A stretch of 64,000 bases of DNA from the NCBI GenBank assembly GCA_044892525.1, contig CM097885.1:134106001-134170000 (forward strand), in the 5' to 3' direction. The translations under genes and the position numbers were made by a program. Positions 15,587 to 28,756 of this stretch are shown in pieces; the first letter of the stretch is position 1, and each line of letters opens with the position of its first letter. The stretch is from Schmidtea polychroa. Its lineage: Eukaryota. Below the pieces are notes generated by a model, which saw only the letters and a list, made by a program, of their open reading frames with translations, was not told the DNA's origin and made no database searches.

Positions 15587-15943
15587 TCATATTTTTAAAT
15601 AATAAATTAAAAATATATATACCAGCGATGCAGAATCTTCCTTAGCTCTTATGCCAGAGAAGAGTTTTAAAAAATAAAAATTTACTGAAACAATTTGTAG
15701 GGACATACAATTAATTTGAACAAAGAATTTATTGTAATTAACATTGTTTAAGAACTTGAACATCATCAGAGATATCATTGTGAATAAGATGAAGGTTTCT
15801 GTTTCCTGTATTTCTGACATATTTGATCCATTGATTTTGACTCGATTTGATGATTCTTCAACTTCTTCAGTAACAGCTTCAGTTGAATCAACTTCTGCAA
15901 CTTCTTCGACTTCAGTGACAACTTCAGTGACTTCGTTAGACAT
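15587..15943 (-). CDS. Unidentified ORF with Glu/Val/Thr-rich N-terminus and a hydrophobic segment
   Basis: MSNEVTEVVTEVEEVAEVDSTEAVTEEVEE.. followed by FILFTMISLMMFKFL. Looks coding, but no consistent splicing model and no recognised family. Confidence 0.35.
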   Translation of the reverse strand: MSNEVTEVVTEVEEVAEVDSTEAVTEEVEESSNRVKINGSNMSEIQETETFILFTMISLMMFKFLNNVNYNKFFVQINCMSLQIVSVNFYFLKLFSGIRAKEDSASLVYIFLIYYLKI

Positions 15944-16279
15944 GTTTGAATTTGTTGGTGATTTTCGAGAAAAGTGAAAGTAAAAGATTATTTAAACAAT
16001 TGTTTTTAATTTTTAATTTTAGTTTAATTAATTTAATAATATATTTTTAGTTCAATTATTAAATTGATAAAAGTGCTAGTCAGAGGCACTACACAATTAT
16101 GTAATTTAATAAAATATTTAATGAAATGCAGTAAAATCTATTTTTTAGCAATTATTATTTAAATTAATATAATAAAAATAAAAATAAAAATAAAAAATTT
16201 AAAATAGTGCTTGCATATGGACCACCACATTGTCATTGAGAAATTTTATTGCTGCATTTTATGTTTTATGTTCGGTTTC

Positions 16280-16800
16280 TATTTTCTTGCTTTCAACGTC
16301 ATCCATGCAGCAATTGTATGATCGGTTAATCTGTTTCTAATATCAGACTTCATTACACTTATTGTGCGATAAAATTCCAAATGCGGCTGTTTAGAGTATT
16401 TTAAATACGCCAGGAAACAAAATTCATGTCAGAAGAACTTCAATTTCAGCATAAATATCTAATATTTTCCCTTCCAGATAGTGAGTTACAGCTGCTGCCT
16501 ATCTTCATTGATAAATGATTCTTGTGAATTTCCCTTGGAATTAATTTCACAATGAAAAAAGTTTTTCTACTTCTATCTATAACAACTATCTTGATATTTT
16601 ACTTTAAATTTGTATCGTTTCTATTTTGGACTTCAATTATCAATGTGGCAAGCTCGAGTATATTGCAGATATCCTTGAGTACTTCTATATTTACTAAAGC
16701 AAGCATATGCGAATAGGTTAATTCTAATAATGCCTTCGTGACGATTTGTTGGGGTTTTACGAACATGCTCATCATATTCGCCAAAGAATTCCAGCGAATA
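16280..16800 (-). mobile_element. Degenerate hAT transposase relic
   Basis: Minus-strand RWNSLANMMSMF (TRWNS-like) and C-terminal ISVMKSDIRNRLTDHTIAAWMTLK dimerisation-domain-like segment. Confidence 0.55.
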
Positions 16801-16974
16801 TTGCAGCTTTAAATTAGCTCCTGGTTGTAATTAAGTTTTGGCTTAATTTTTCGACTATAAGATAGCCCTTGAGATAGTCCCTTATAGTCGAAAATTTTTT
16901 CATTAAATACATTATTTGCAGCAAAAGGCTTAAATTATCATTTTATTGTTTTAAATAATAAATGCTGCTACCAA

Positions 16975-17223
16975 NNNNNNNNNNNNNNNNNNNNNNNNNN
17001 NNNNNNNNNNNNNNNNNNNNNNNNNNNNNNNNNNNNNNNNNNNNNNNNNNNNNNNNNNNNNNNNNNNNNNNNNNNNNNNNNNNNNNNNNNNNNNNNNNNN
17101 NNNNNNNNNNNNNNNNNNNNNNNNNNNNNNNNNNNNNNNNNNNNNNNNNNNNNNNNNNNNNNNNNNNNNNNNNNNNNNNNNNNNNNNNNNNNNNNNNNNN
17201 NNNNNNNNNNNNNNNNNNNNNNN
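16975..17223. other. Assembly gap
   Basis: Run of N. Confidence 1.
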
Positions 17224-17623
17224 TTTATAAAAATATTATTAATAAATTACTGGAATTTCCATAATTTACTTCATTTTTAACGAGTAAATACTTGATATAA
17301 TAATAAATTTGCATAACATTACAAAAATTACCAAAAAGTTAAAATTTATAAGCTATATTGAATAAATAACATTTATTTTGTCCTAAAATTAATTATTTGA
17401 ACGATTGTGAAAAGAAAAACTTAATAAAATATTCAAAATGCGTTAAAGATTGTTTCCAGTGCCATCGACTGGCAGTGAAATTAACTTTCAATTCTATGAA
17501 TTATTTTTCCTTTTCCCCAACTGCTGCTAGATCGGCGTCATCTCGTTTTGTTGGCGACTTCATGATTTCTAAATATAATAAACGATATCAATACCAAACT
17601 AGTTGCCGTATATCACCATTAGA

Positions 17624-17676
17624 AATAATAATAATAATTATTATTATTATTTTTATTATAACAACAACAACAACAA
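17624..17676. repeat. Compound microsatellite (AAT)n-(ATT)n-(AAC)n
   Basis: Directly visible trinucleotide runs; explains the spurious ORFs 17397 and 17603. Confidence 0.9.
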
Positions 17677-18976
17677 TGACAATGCTTCATTGTTCATTTT
17701 TTGTTTATGTTTAGGACCCAATTGTGAATATTTAAAGAGAAATCTATTACTTATATTAATTTTACAAAAAAATTCGTATAGATTGTAATATTCTTTTACA
17801 CTTTCACACGGGATTGGATGAGAGATTTCCGGGGACCCTGAAAAGAAGGAAGAAATAAGGAATAAACATAATTTTTATTAATTAATTCGAATTAATTCTA
17901 AGGCGTAAATAAAATTATATTAAATAGACAAAACAAGAATTTTTTAGAAATATACAGATAATTGGAGACCTGATACCATTGAACCGACCCTGAGTTAAAC
18001 ACAACATATTTCTTATCTATGGTCAGACACGTCACAGATTATAAACAGTACACTTTTACGTGTTTTTTAAATCCTCGATGATTGGTACGTATACTCACAC
18101 TTATAATATGAGCCTATAATTGTTAGAATTATGAAAGCTCATGGCCCCGGGAAAGATTCAAAAGTCCTGACATCTGAGCGGGTCCTGATTTTACAAGCAA
18201 TCGATTTGAAATATTTTTATTTATACTTATTCATGTCGCTTCAAAATAATTAAGTAAGAGAAAGTTGTAATTTTTTTCCCATCGGGATTTGTAGTATTTA
18301 TTGTCGGGGTTATTAAATTTAAAATTATTATATAATTAGAAAGGAATGTGAAAAATTCGAAATCATAAGAGATCAACAAATCATCGAATTAAAATTTTAA
18401 AAACGGGTCAGATGTGGATGAGATGATGGGGAAGATCATGTCGAGAATAAATTCATCAGAATATGTTAAAAAAGAATTGAAATGCAAGAAAATGTACAAA
18501 AACAAAATTAATTAAATAATTAAAGAAAACCCGAGTTTAAGTACACCAAAAGAAAAATAAACAAAGTTGATGCTGAAAATTAAACTTAAATTTTTTAACA
18601 TCTATTTATAATAACTAGGGCAACTTTTCATAATTTTTATCCTTTTTTAAAAAATTTTCATATAATATGCAGATTTTGAATCCTTTATTTTCTATTCGTT
18701 AAAGATTTCTGAAATTGAAATGTTAATAATGTTGAAGTACAGTCTTATAAAATTAATTTAATTTTCTAATCAATCCTCTATTTTTAAGGAAAAGTCGTTA
18801 TTATACGTAAATCAATACAAAGACGGGTTTTGCATTTTCAAATAGATTTTACTTGATAAATATGAAGATAATAAATTTACAATTGAACCTGGATAACATT
18901 TTATGCAATCTAAATTTTGAAGACGACCTTGTGGGTGTAAAATTACATTTAGAAAAAAAATTGAGTCATTCAGAGG

Positions 18977-19214
18977 CAGTAGCGTAACTAGTGGACGCAG
19001 GACCCTGCGTTGCGGGGGCCCAAAATTATTACTAAAAAAAATATTTACAATCATTTTCTGAAACTTTTTTCCCGCAGTTATATTTGCCTACAAACATAAA
19101 ACTATCATTGAATAGCGGCTGCTGTGAATAACTATGTATTAAACTTTAACCGAAAAATTTAAGTGGAAATATTTTACATTGCGCGGGGGGCCCAAATTTT
19201 GAAGTTCCGCCACT
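18977..19214. mobile_element. hAT-type MITE
   Basis: CAGTAGCGTAACTAG left end, GGGGGCCC subterminal motifs at both ends, right end GAAGTTCCGCCACT. TSD not clear. Confidence 0.5.
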
Positions 19215-19999
19215 TTTCAGAGGCTAAAAATATTCTAGAAAATAGCAATGAAGACATTTCACCAGGAGAGTATTATCATTTATACAAATTTTTGCGCTTA
19301 ACTGTGGGTGTTGAAAGAAGCTTTTCTGTGTTGTAAAGGTTTTTCAGCCAAAGATCGGAATTTCTTTATATTTTAATATATAAGGTGAAGAAATTATACA
19401 GTAATATTAACAGTTGATTAAATAAATTATAAATGTTGTATTATTTGCTTTATATGACTTACGGAAGCTGCATTTTTTAGCATACTTTATAGGTTTTATT
19501 TGCATTATTTCTGATTTTTTTTTGTATAAAAAATTGTCCAAATAATAACAATATTATTTTCTTTTCTCAACAAACAAAATTTACGTAGGGCTTTTAAAAC
19601 CAGTTGGTATTTTTATTTGTATTTTTTTAACTCCGTGACATAAACTGCTATCAAATACTTGTTGAGTGACTCAAAAAATTTTTTGGGTAATTTTGTAAAA
19701 CAAAAATTAACGACTCCATCGCAATTAACATGTTAACCCATCCGTAAAGATTCAAAATGCCAATTTATTCACTAGCGCATCATCGGCGATTCCAGATCAC
19801 TTCTGATTGGTTTAGAACAAAACTACGTTTTAAATTACTCCAGTCATTTTAAAAAAGACGATAAATAAACCATATAAAATGAATAAAAGTTAATTATTTA
19901 AAAAAACTTTTAAATTAAACTTAAATTTTCCCTGAGAACTGCATTCAGTAATTTAAATGACATTTGACTTTCATGAGAAATAAGGTCTAATGAGCCGTA

Positions 20000-20480
20000 A
20001 AAAGCCACCGACAATATAATTGTTATCAAATAATTATCATACACGTTCCCAGGCATATCAGAAATCTAATTTTATAACACTGCTTAACTCTTTGCGAATG
20101 CGATTCCCATGCGCCACAAGCCCATTGTTAGCAATAAAATTGAGCGTACTGTTGTTAGTTGGCGCTATTGAAACTGTGTTCACATCATTCACCACAATAT
20201 GGTGATCAGAGACCGTTAAATGCGTGTTTTAATCAGTACTGCCAACCAGTTAATGTCCACTCTCCCGTGACCGAGGCTAATATGAAAAGTCATTGGCTTT
20301 GTCACAGACATCAGTAGTCAAACATAATTCAGCCTCATAGTTTTACATCAATTGTATTGGTTATGTGGAGACACTAGAGGAATCGGTATTCTTGTATGAA
20401 CGTGAGAACGGCGTTTATCAGCAGACAGATCTTCAGAGTAAATTCTACAACTCTCCATTACCGTTCTGCACGTTGACAGT
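20000..20480 (-). mobile_element. Possible Ac/ZBED1-like hAT relic
   Basis: Minus strand gives ELCLTTDV followed by ..SY..VDINWL across frameshifts, resembling the first catalytic Asp region (LTTD.W). Heavily decayed. Confidence 0.35.
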
Positions 20481-20895
20481 ACTGATATGTCAATAACTAC
20501 TTGCTTTGAATAATTGTTATTATTTATTTTGAATATACTACTAAATTTAGATGTATTTTATAAGTAATATAATAAATAAAATTATTCATAATTTTGTGAT
20601 TTGTAAAATTGTAAAATATAATATTGAATTCTATTCGTAAATTCAAATTAAATAATTTTTATTTTTTCAATCGTTAATGAAAATTACTGCAAAATTTTAA
20701 TAAATTGCATATTTAAAAATAGGTTTGGTAAAAGTTTTTAAATAAAAAAAACTTAATTATCAAAGATTTGTTTTGATACTCAGAATTTTAAAGGTTGATT
20801 AAGAAAAATTTTTACGTAAAAATTCATCTTTTCAAAATTTTAAAAACTTTTATTTAAAGAGTTAAAAGTTTTATATTCCATTACATTAGTTGAGA

Positions 20896-22130
20896 TAAGG
20901 CCGAGCTAGAGTTTTTGTCGCCACAGGAAAGAATTTTTTTTGCCGCCCGAGTGCTAAAAGTAAAAAGCGGTTTTTTATATGACCTAAAAAATATAAATAA
21001 TACAAGTACAATAACAAAAACACAGATTTATTAGCAATTCATTTATAAATATAACATAAATCATATTTAAATGAACTTTGCAAAAACTAGGGAAGTTTCT
21101 ATGTGACAATTGTCAGCCGATCGGTTTTACAGTTAACTGTATAACTAAAAGGTTAAAATCTTCTTCTTACTTTTATGTTTGTATAATTTCCTAGTATGTC
21201 TTTCTTGTTTATTGCTCTCGAAATATCATTTTCAATGGACAAAATAGATAGCCGAGATAATCGGTTTTGTGTCATGGATGAACTTAGATCATTTTCTATT
21301 AATTTTAGTAGAGAAAATATCTTTTCGCTGCTAGTAACACAAACTGGTTTTGTTAAAAATATTTTTAAAAGCAATATATAAATTTGGATATATTGGTATT
21401 AACTCATTCTGTAAAATACATTCCAAAATATCGTACAAATCATCTGTTGGTTTGTGTAATCTTGAAATAAACATTAATCCTTCTGACAGTTGAATACCTT
21501 CAATGCCTTTTTTCCTATTACCACTCATAACCTCTTAATCCTTACAACACTTAAAAATATCTTCTTTCTTCAATGAAGTTAATATGGAAATGAAATGTAA
21601 GAAGCCAAATACATTTCTATAATATGATAGCTGTTGTAAACGTTCCTCTGTTGAATATATAGCGACGTCTATAAAAAACACAAGAGGTTCCAAACCAATT
21701 ATTTTTGCTAATTCACGAACAATGGAAACCTGGTTCTGGAACTCCTTATTCGGTTTAAATTATTAAGAATAAACTCAATTGTTTCTACTGCGGTACATAT
21801 TAGAATATGTTGGATCATACATTAGAAAATTCACTTCTAATAAAATATTGTACCAAAGCGCTAATGTACAAATAAATTGATTATTTTTAAATTTTTGTGC
21901 CAAATGTTTTGTGTCAATCTTCGTTTTTTTTCCATGAGAACCCATTGACCATGGGTCTTCCATAATATCAATTAGTGCGTCGCAAATTTTTCCCATTTGG
22001 TATCTACTTGGCCTTGGTTAGTTCTAACTACTCACGTCTGTGCGAACAAATGTTTTTGCCTGGTTGAAGACGCGAGTAATTGAGGTTGTAATTGGGTGTG
22101 TATGGTTTTGATTGTTGAGTTTTCTTCTGG
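20896..22130 (-). mobile_element. hAT (ZMYM1-like) element, 3' part
   Basis: Terminal TAAGGCCGAGCTAG; ORFs 21153-21996 with PVCVTSSEKIFSLLKLI..MTQNRLSRLSILSIEN (dimerisation domain), NELIPIYPN and FICTLALWYNILLEVN. Frameshifted. Confidence 0.8.
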
Positions 22131-22589
22131 AATTGTTCCTTTGTTGGGCAATAACTAAGAAAAAACCCAGTTGTTTAAATAAAACGAAAAAACAACGCGG
22201 GCGGAAGATGAAAAATTTAAATAATTAAAGGAAAAATAACAAAAAATGCAAATAAATAAATTGAAATGAAATAAAAAGGAAGTGAAAGAGAATAAAATAA
22301 AACATGTAAATGAATAAGAAAAAGCAGAAAAAATAAAATAAATGTCGAATAAAAAACAAGAGTATGAAAATATAGAAACATCAATTAAAACAAAAAATAA
22401 ACAAATTGAAAATTTGAAAAAAATTCAAAAATAAGCTAGAATAATGCTTGTAAATTAAAAAAAATCAAATAAAAAGCAGTAGGAGAACGAGACAAATTAT
22501 TTAGTGATGAAGATAAAATTTAGTAAGGAGAAGTGAGTAAATTAGAGATAAAGAAAATCTTAAAAGCTGGGTTTATTTGAATAACAGTG

Positions 22590-23030
22590 GCCACCAACAT
22601 CACAAGTCTTGGTGATGTGCTGGAGATCAATCCGTGACGAAATCAAAAAACATTCCTTACCAGAAAGAAATTCATACTGAGTCTGTTCTGGGACTCCGAA
22701 GGGATAATTTTGATGAATGTTCTGCCACCTGGTGAGACTATCACTGCCAAATATTACTGTGACTTATTGGAAAAACTGAATGCTACCGTTTTTGAAAAAC
22801 GGCGAAGACGAAAATCTGATGGAAACCACTATCTCCAATATGACAATATGAGGCAGATTTGAAACCGCAGCAATTCTTCGAGAAATGCATAACAAACTAT
22901 CGAGAAGATGACAATGATGCATTAATCACAATGGTGAATATTTTGAAAACTTGTGTGAGGTTGGCAATTAGACATTTCTTTTTATTTATTTGTTGTTGAA
23001 ATTTCAGCAGAAACTTTTGAGCCAATCCTG
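22590..23030 (+). mobile_element. Mariner transposase fragment with right TIR
   Basis: KKFILSLFWDSEGIILMNVLPPGETITAKYYCDLLEKL..YLQYDNMR matches the mariner catalytic domain; end GAAACTTTTGAGCCAATCCTG-TA. Confidence 0.8.
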
Positions 23031-23263
23031 TAAAATAAATGCGTTCATTTTAGCAGTTCTTAGCGATGCAGGTGAATATTAAATTTAGATCTCCAGGGTG
23101 AATTACTACAGGAATTAGGATAAAATAGGGCGAATTAAATGATGGCAAGAAAGTAACATTAAAAATTTATTAAAAATAAACTACAGTTTTTAGATTTACA
23201 TTTTAAAAAAACATAGACTATGGTAAAAACTTACATTAATATCAAAAATTATCTCAAAGTAGA

Positions 23264-24950
23264 CTATTTTCTAGCTTTTGTCAATGCAAATTTTTCAATG
23301 ACATCATTAAAATCAACTTTCTTTGCTAAATCATTTTCGATACTTAAAATTGTTAGATGATCGAGTCGATCTTTACTAGTTGTGCTTCTTTGCCATGTTT
23401 TTAATGAATTTGCCAGCCTGCTGAATGATCTTTCAGCTGAAGAAACCGTAACTGGTACGGTACAAAACACTTTAATGGCGAGGCAGATATTAGCAAATAT
23501 ATCTTGCAGTTTTTTGTCATAAATTGCATTCAGAAGTTTAATTGGACTTCTTTCAGTTTCGAAAACTGTTTTGTGAAGGAGAAGGATTTTGTGCAGTAAG
23601 TCTTCTGACAGATCTGTCTCATATGTTTTTACAAGCTTTGATGCTTTTGCGGTAAGTTGACTATCGTCTAAATTCTGGAAGTTCAAAATGGGTGAGAAAA
23701 ATTCGCATATGGTGTCTGCTGCTTCAAATCTTGTCTTTAAATCATTGATAATATAATCCAATACTGGGTAAACCACGGAAATTCTGAAACCTTGTTCAGG
23801 TTCTTTAGTGGTTTTTCTGTTTTCTCCAAATTGAGGTTGCACCCCCACTGCTTCAGCAACTATTTTTGCCTCTTGAAAAAAACTTTCACTCGTGTCACGG
23901 AAGTGCTGCATATCTTGCACCAAGTCTCTTATAAGTGCGGTCTCAACATCCAATGATATTCTTTTACTTTGTATGACAATGTTCTTGTTGTCAATACTTG
24001 CTAATATTTTGTGCCAAAACACAGTCATTAGCAGACTTAAAAGATCCGAAATATTTTTTCAGACCTTTTATTGTGTTCATTGCTGCAGGAGTTGAACCTG
24101 TATCCATTTCTCCAAGAAGGATATTTAACACAGCAAGTAGGCCTGGATGATGTTTGACAATTGGGCGCACCGCTTGAATTCTTTCACTCCACCTTGTTTC
24201 TGAAAGACTTTGAAGAGATAATGGTACATGTTTTTTCAGTACTTCCCACCATGCAGGACTGTGAGCTAACAAAGAGTAGAAGCTTTCTATATTTCCGAAA
24301 AACGTTACAACGTCTGGATTGATTTTTGCAGCGTTGACTCCTACACGTTCAATGAATGTACCCCGCAGGCAGAGAATAATGCACAGTTGTTCATTTCTAA
24401 GATGCGGGACTTAACAACTTTTATCTTGCCACACATATTTGCGCCACTATCATAGCCTTGCGAACGGCAATCTTCAAGAGGAATATTGTTTTTTTCCAGG
24501 CTTGCAAGTATTTCTTTAGTTATTTTTTTCTCCAGTTTTTACAGTAAAGTTCATGAACTCAATGAAACGTTCATTCACCTCAAATTGGCTTGAGTCCTGG
24601 TTTAGGGATATGTATCTTAGAATTAGGACGTTGTGTTCATTGTGAGAAATATACTGTGTTGCATTATACGGTGTTACATTATACGGTGTTGCATTATTAG
24701 TCCGTAGAAAATTGAGTCTCTTCTTTGGTCTAGAATTGTTTGGAGAACTTTGTCTGCAAAAAGGGTAATAAACTCGTTTTGAGAATTCCACGACAAATAA
24801 TGTGTATGACCTTTCATCCTTTTACCTTCCACCTGATTTTGTTGAACTTTGGCGAGATGTTGTTGTGTCACTTCATCATACTTTCCAATCAATTCTAAAA
24901 TTCCTAAGAAATTCCCATTATGAACATCTCCAATTTGAATACTTTTCGAC
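23264..24950 (-). mobile_element. hAT (ZMYM1-like) transposase pseudogene
   Basis: YLSWNSQNEFI, RSQGYDSGANMCG, SETRWS, VPVTVSSAERSFSRL..RLDHLTILSIE motifs, split over four ORFs by frameshifts. Confidence 0.9.
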
Positions 24951-25948
24951 CTTTCTAACCATTTTCTAATAAATCCCTAATCAGCATCTTGTTGACCATT
25001 AGCTAATCTATACCTGTCCCATTTTTCCGATTCAATTTCGATAAATTTACAATTTATTGGTTTTTTTCGGATTTCCGGATTTTTTCTTTTCGTAACTGCT
25101 TTTCCCATTTCCTAATACTGTTTCCATCATACTTTCCTTTACTATCAATTCTGTGCATGACCACGCTTTTATTTGTGTTTTTCATTCGCAATCCAAGTAA
25201 GATAGATTTTGTCTTATTTTATTTTTCTAATTGTTATATATTTTCTTTTCAGTGTTATGGACGTACGTGAAAATTTTAATTTTGTTTCATTATTGTTACC
25301 ATTACTGTTATTTATTAGTTATTCTTTTTGTATTATTATTGCTACTATTATTGCTATTTCTTGGTTATTATTATTCAATAGTTAGAATAATCCAAAGTTC
25401 TACTTAATACTCCTACTTCAGATTCTGAATTTTAAAATAATTTTCCCTCATTGCAACTGATCTTTTTCAATCGCTATCCAGTGTAGCCAAACCCCGGTGA
25501 TTGTAATTGTTCGTGTTGCTTGTCAATTATTATATAAATATTCCTCCCTCTCAAGATTCAGTGCTTCTTTTTATTATTCATTTCCATTCCGATTCATTAA
25601 CATTAATTTAATTATTATTTAGGGGTTATCACTTATCCCTACTTAATATCCTTATTTTTAATTACAGTGTATATTACGTTCGAATTAACTTTTAGTCATA
25701 TTTGTGTTCACAAATACTTAATTGATTGAAGTTTGTATTACATTATATAGCAGCCTGAGGTTTGATTTATTATTTATTTTATGTAAATTTATATCACATT
25801 TTATAACAATTTTTTAGGTCATTTTATTTTTCTCTCACTAATTTTCGGTTTTTAATTTAATACAGATTTATATATAATAAAAGAAAGACATTTATTTAAA
25901 CAAAACCTCTATCTTGTTAATGATTACCCCTTTGTATTAATTGTTTAA

Positions 25949-26191
25949 CCCTTAAATGCATGATTTTTTAATTTGACCGCCAAAGTGCGTATTCGAAAAT
26001 GCTGCGCCAAGCTGTCAAATTTTGACAATTGAAAAAGTTAACTGCCATATTGTGACAGCTTGCGTTCAGAAACTAAGATAAATATTTTTAGCACCTAATA
26101 AAAGCAAAAAATACTGTATTTGAGTTACCGTTTAGAAATTATTTAAGGACAAATACACTGATGTATAAATACATCATCATGCATTTAAGGG
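25949..26191. mobile_element. piggyBac-type MITE (243 bp)
   Basis: TTAA on both sides (25945-25948, 26192-26195) and a perfect 15-bp TIR CCCTTAAATGCATGA. Confidence 0.9.
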
Positions 26192-27477
26192 TTAAATGTG
26201 TTTCTATTTCTTAAGATGATTATCCAGAATTCTTTAAAAATTTATTTATAATTAAATTTTAGCCATAAGTTTACACATTTAAATATTTTCAGACTAATAA
26301 AAATTTAATTTAAAATTTTGGATTTTACTAAATGCTAAGACTGTGGTTTAATGTCCAACTGTGCAATTTGTATTATATTAATTATGTAACTCGTGCTTGT
26401 GTGCAGTTATCTATTTCTCTACTCTCAGTAATTTTACTTACTTAATGTTATTTATCTTATTAAATATCCAATTCACGGCTGTTCACGCTCTTATCAATTG
26501 GGCTTTGGTGTATTAGCTTTAAAGAATTCATATTCTATTTCTATGCTACTAAATATTTATTGGCGGCGCTATGAGATTCTGATTTTTACTAAATTACTGG
26601 TTAGACATCGGATTTTACATAATTTTATCAATCTATTACGTTTTTCAACTGTTGCTTATTCATATCGTTGCCGCTCCAAAATTTGAATATGTGGATGTTG
26701 TGAAATGGTTACTTCTTTACTGATATTCTAACGGGGTTTTATTTTCTTTTCAGGGTCCCTCTACCGTCGCGTCAACAGAGACTAAAACACACCTTCGTCT
26801 GCATGGGCAAGTCCAGCAGGTTTGAGCGACACCCCCTTGTAATGTACGCAAGGAGTATGACCATGGGTTCGAGAGCCCCATTTTATTGGACTCCAACGAC
26901 GAATAGACGGACACGCGCATTTTAATATAACGTTTAACATACACTTGTCTTTATTTGATTGGTATTTCTATTGTGATAACCGAAATCCTATATTTATTTC
27001 ACCTCAATTTATGCTAGGAGTATTAGGAAGGGTAGGATATTTGCAATTTTCATCATGATTAGCCTTTATTTACTTTCTAAAAATTTATGTTATTTACAAT
27101 ATTTAGCTATTATTCCTTTTCCTTTTCCGGACGTTACCCACTTAATTTAACTCTAGACTTTTTCACGATGTTCACCATAAGACCTATTATGGATGTGCCT
27201 CCCTTTTTATACCGAGTTTGCTTATTTATTTATTTATTTATTTGTTTATTTAATTTATTTATCTTTCGAGGACGAAAAAGAAAACGGGTTTCATTACTAT
27301 AATTTTTTGAATCAATTTAATGTTTCTTAATCTAACTGGTTGAGCTCACCTTAATTCTTCAATCATGCAATTTGTCGATATAACATTATGTATTTGTACA
27401 TTATTTATAGCATGCAGATCACAAATCTATAGTCTTGTTTCATAATTGGAATATGGTGGTGGTTGAATGACAGTTAG

Positions 27478-28756
27478 TTATCTCTTTTTCAAACATATAA
27501 AGATAGTGATAGTTATATATGTTACTGACAGGATGAGATAACCTGTTATCAGAATGTAAATGAGGTATTCACATATGTTGACTGTTAAATCCAAATTTGT
27601 TCGTATCAGTCTATTTGTGTTGATAAAAGGTTTTGTCGTTCTACCCGATGGTAGTTCGAAAGATATTAAAAGTGTATGTGATGTTCGCTTCGGTTCGATG
27701 ATTGTTTTGACTTCCACGAGAATTATTTGCCATCGGTCTAGTTCGGTCATCCACTGCTGATATTTAACTCTTATCTCCCACTCCGTCACTAAATCAGAAG
27801 TATAAAGTGTAAAAAAATGATTAACGGCATCTAATATAGTCAGGATTCTCTGTTTGTTGTTAATGATAACTCTTTCGTCAAGTCCTGATTTTCTATATAT
27901 TGTTACCGATCCATTTCCAACACTCAAGGTTGCACGATCGGGCTTGTTTCTGAGATAGATGGACTGGGTCTCACTTTTAAACTGTGACCATAGGTTTTTC
28001 GTTACCGTTCCATTTTCGAAGCATAGGTTCTCGTAACAATTTGCACTAATTGTATAATTCTGATTCATTTCCAATTAATCATATCGGACAAATGATTTTC
28101 GTGAGTTGAGGGTGTCGACATTTACACTCTGAAATGTGATTCGCACTTTNNNNNNNNNNNNNNNNNNNNNNNNNNNNNNNNNNNNNNNNNNNNNNNNNNN
28201 NNNNNNNNNNNNNNNNNNNNNNNNNNNNNNNNNNNNNNNNNNNNNNNNNNNNNNNNNNNNNNNNNNNNNNNNNNNNNNNNNNNNTTTCGATTAAGTCCCG
28301 TATCTCTTTCGTTTGCACTTCTATAGGAATTTGCGTGTACCATTTTGACATGTTTTGTCTCAACAACCATTGGTATTAAAAATTTGGCTTTAGCTTTCGT
28401 GTTGCGAACATATCTTTATCGTAATTGAGTTCCACGAATGATGTAGTAGTGTCCAGTAAATTGATGATTTCTATTTGTTCTGTAATCTGGCATCTACAAA
28501 TCCATACAATATTTGTTAGGGTGGAATATATATTGATTTTTTATATAGCCTGGATCTGGTTTACCGGATATGGCAATTCAATCTTTTTCTCCCTCGCATT
28601 TGTTAATAACATCAGCATTGTTGTCACATATAATATTTTGCTGATGTAGCTGACTGGTGTTGGATTTTTTGTAAATTGCTGTTTCAATTTTGTTTGGCCA
28701 GATACTTTATTTTGCTTTGACCTTAAGAGATATCTGGATTCATCTTCCTCTGCCAC
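27478..28756 (-). pseudogene. env-like type I membrane protein (disrupted)
   Basis: Hydrophobic leader (ILYVTTMLMLLTNA), several Cys and N-x-S/T sites, C-terminal TM YLIYILITGYLILSVTYITITIFICL then KKR*. In-frame stops, one frameshift and an N gap. Confidence 0.55.
28150..28284. other. Assembly gap
   Basis: Run of N. Confidence 1.

Noticed and set aside
15744-15977. Ser/Thr-rich plus-strand ORF
   Set aside because: Antisense shadow of the low-complexity minus-strand ORF.
16962-17264. ORFs spanning N runs (also 28079-28370)
   Set aside because: Open only because the gap has no stops; frame across a gap is meaningless.
17397-17788. Poly-Ile/Thr and poly-Asn/Tyr ORFs
   Set aside because: Translations of a microsatellite.
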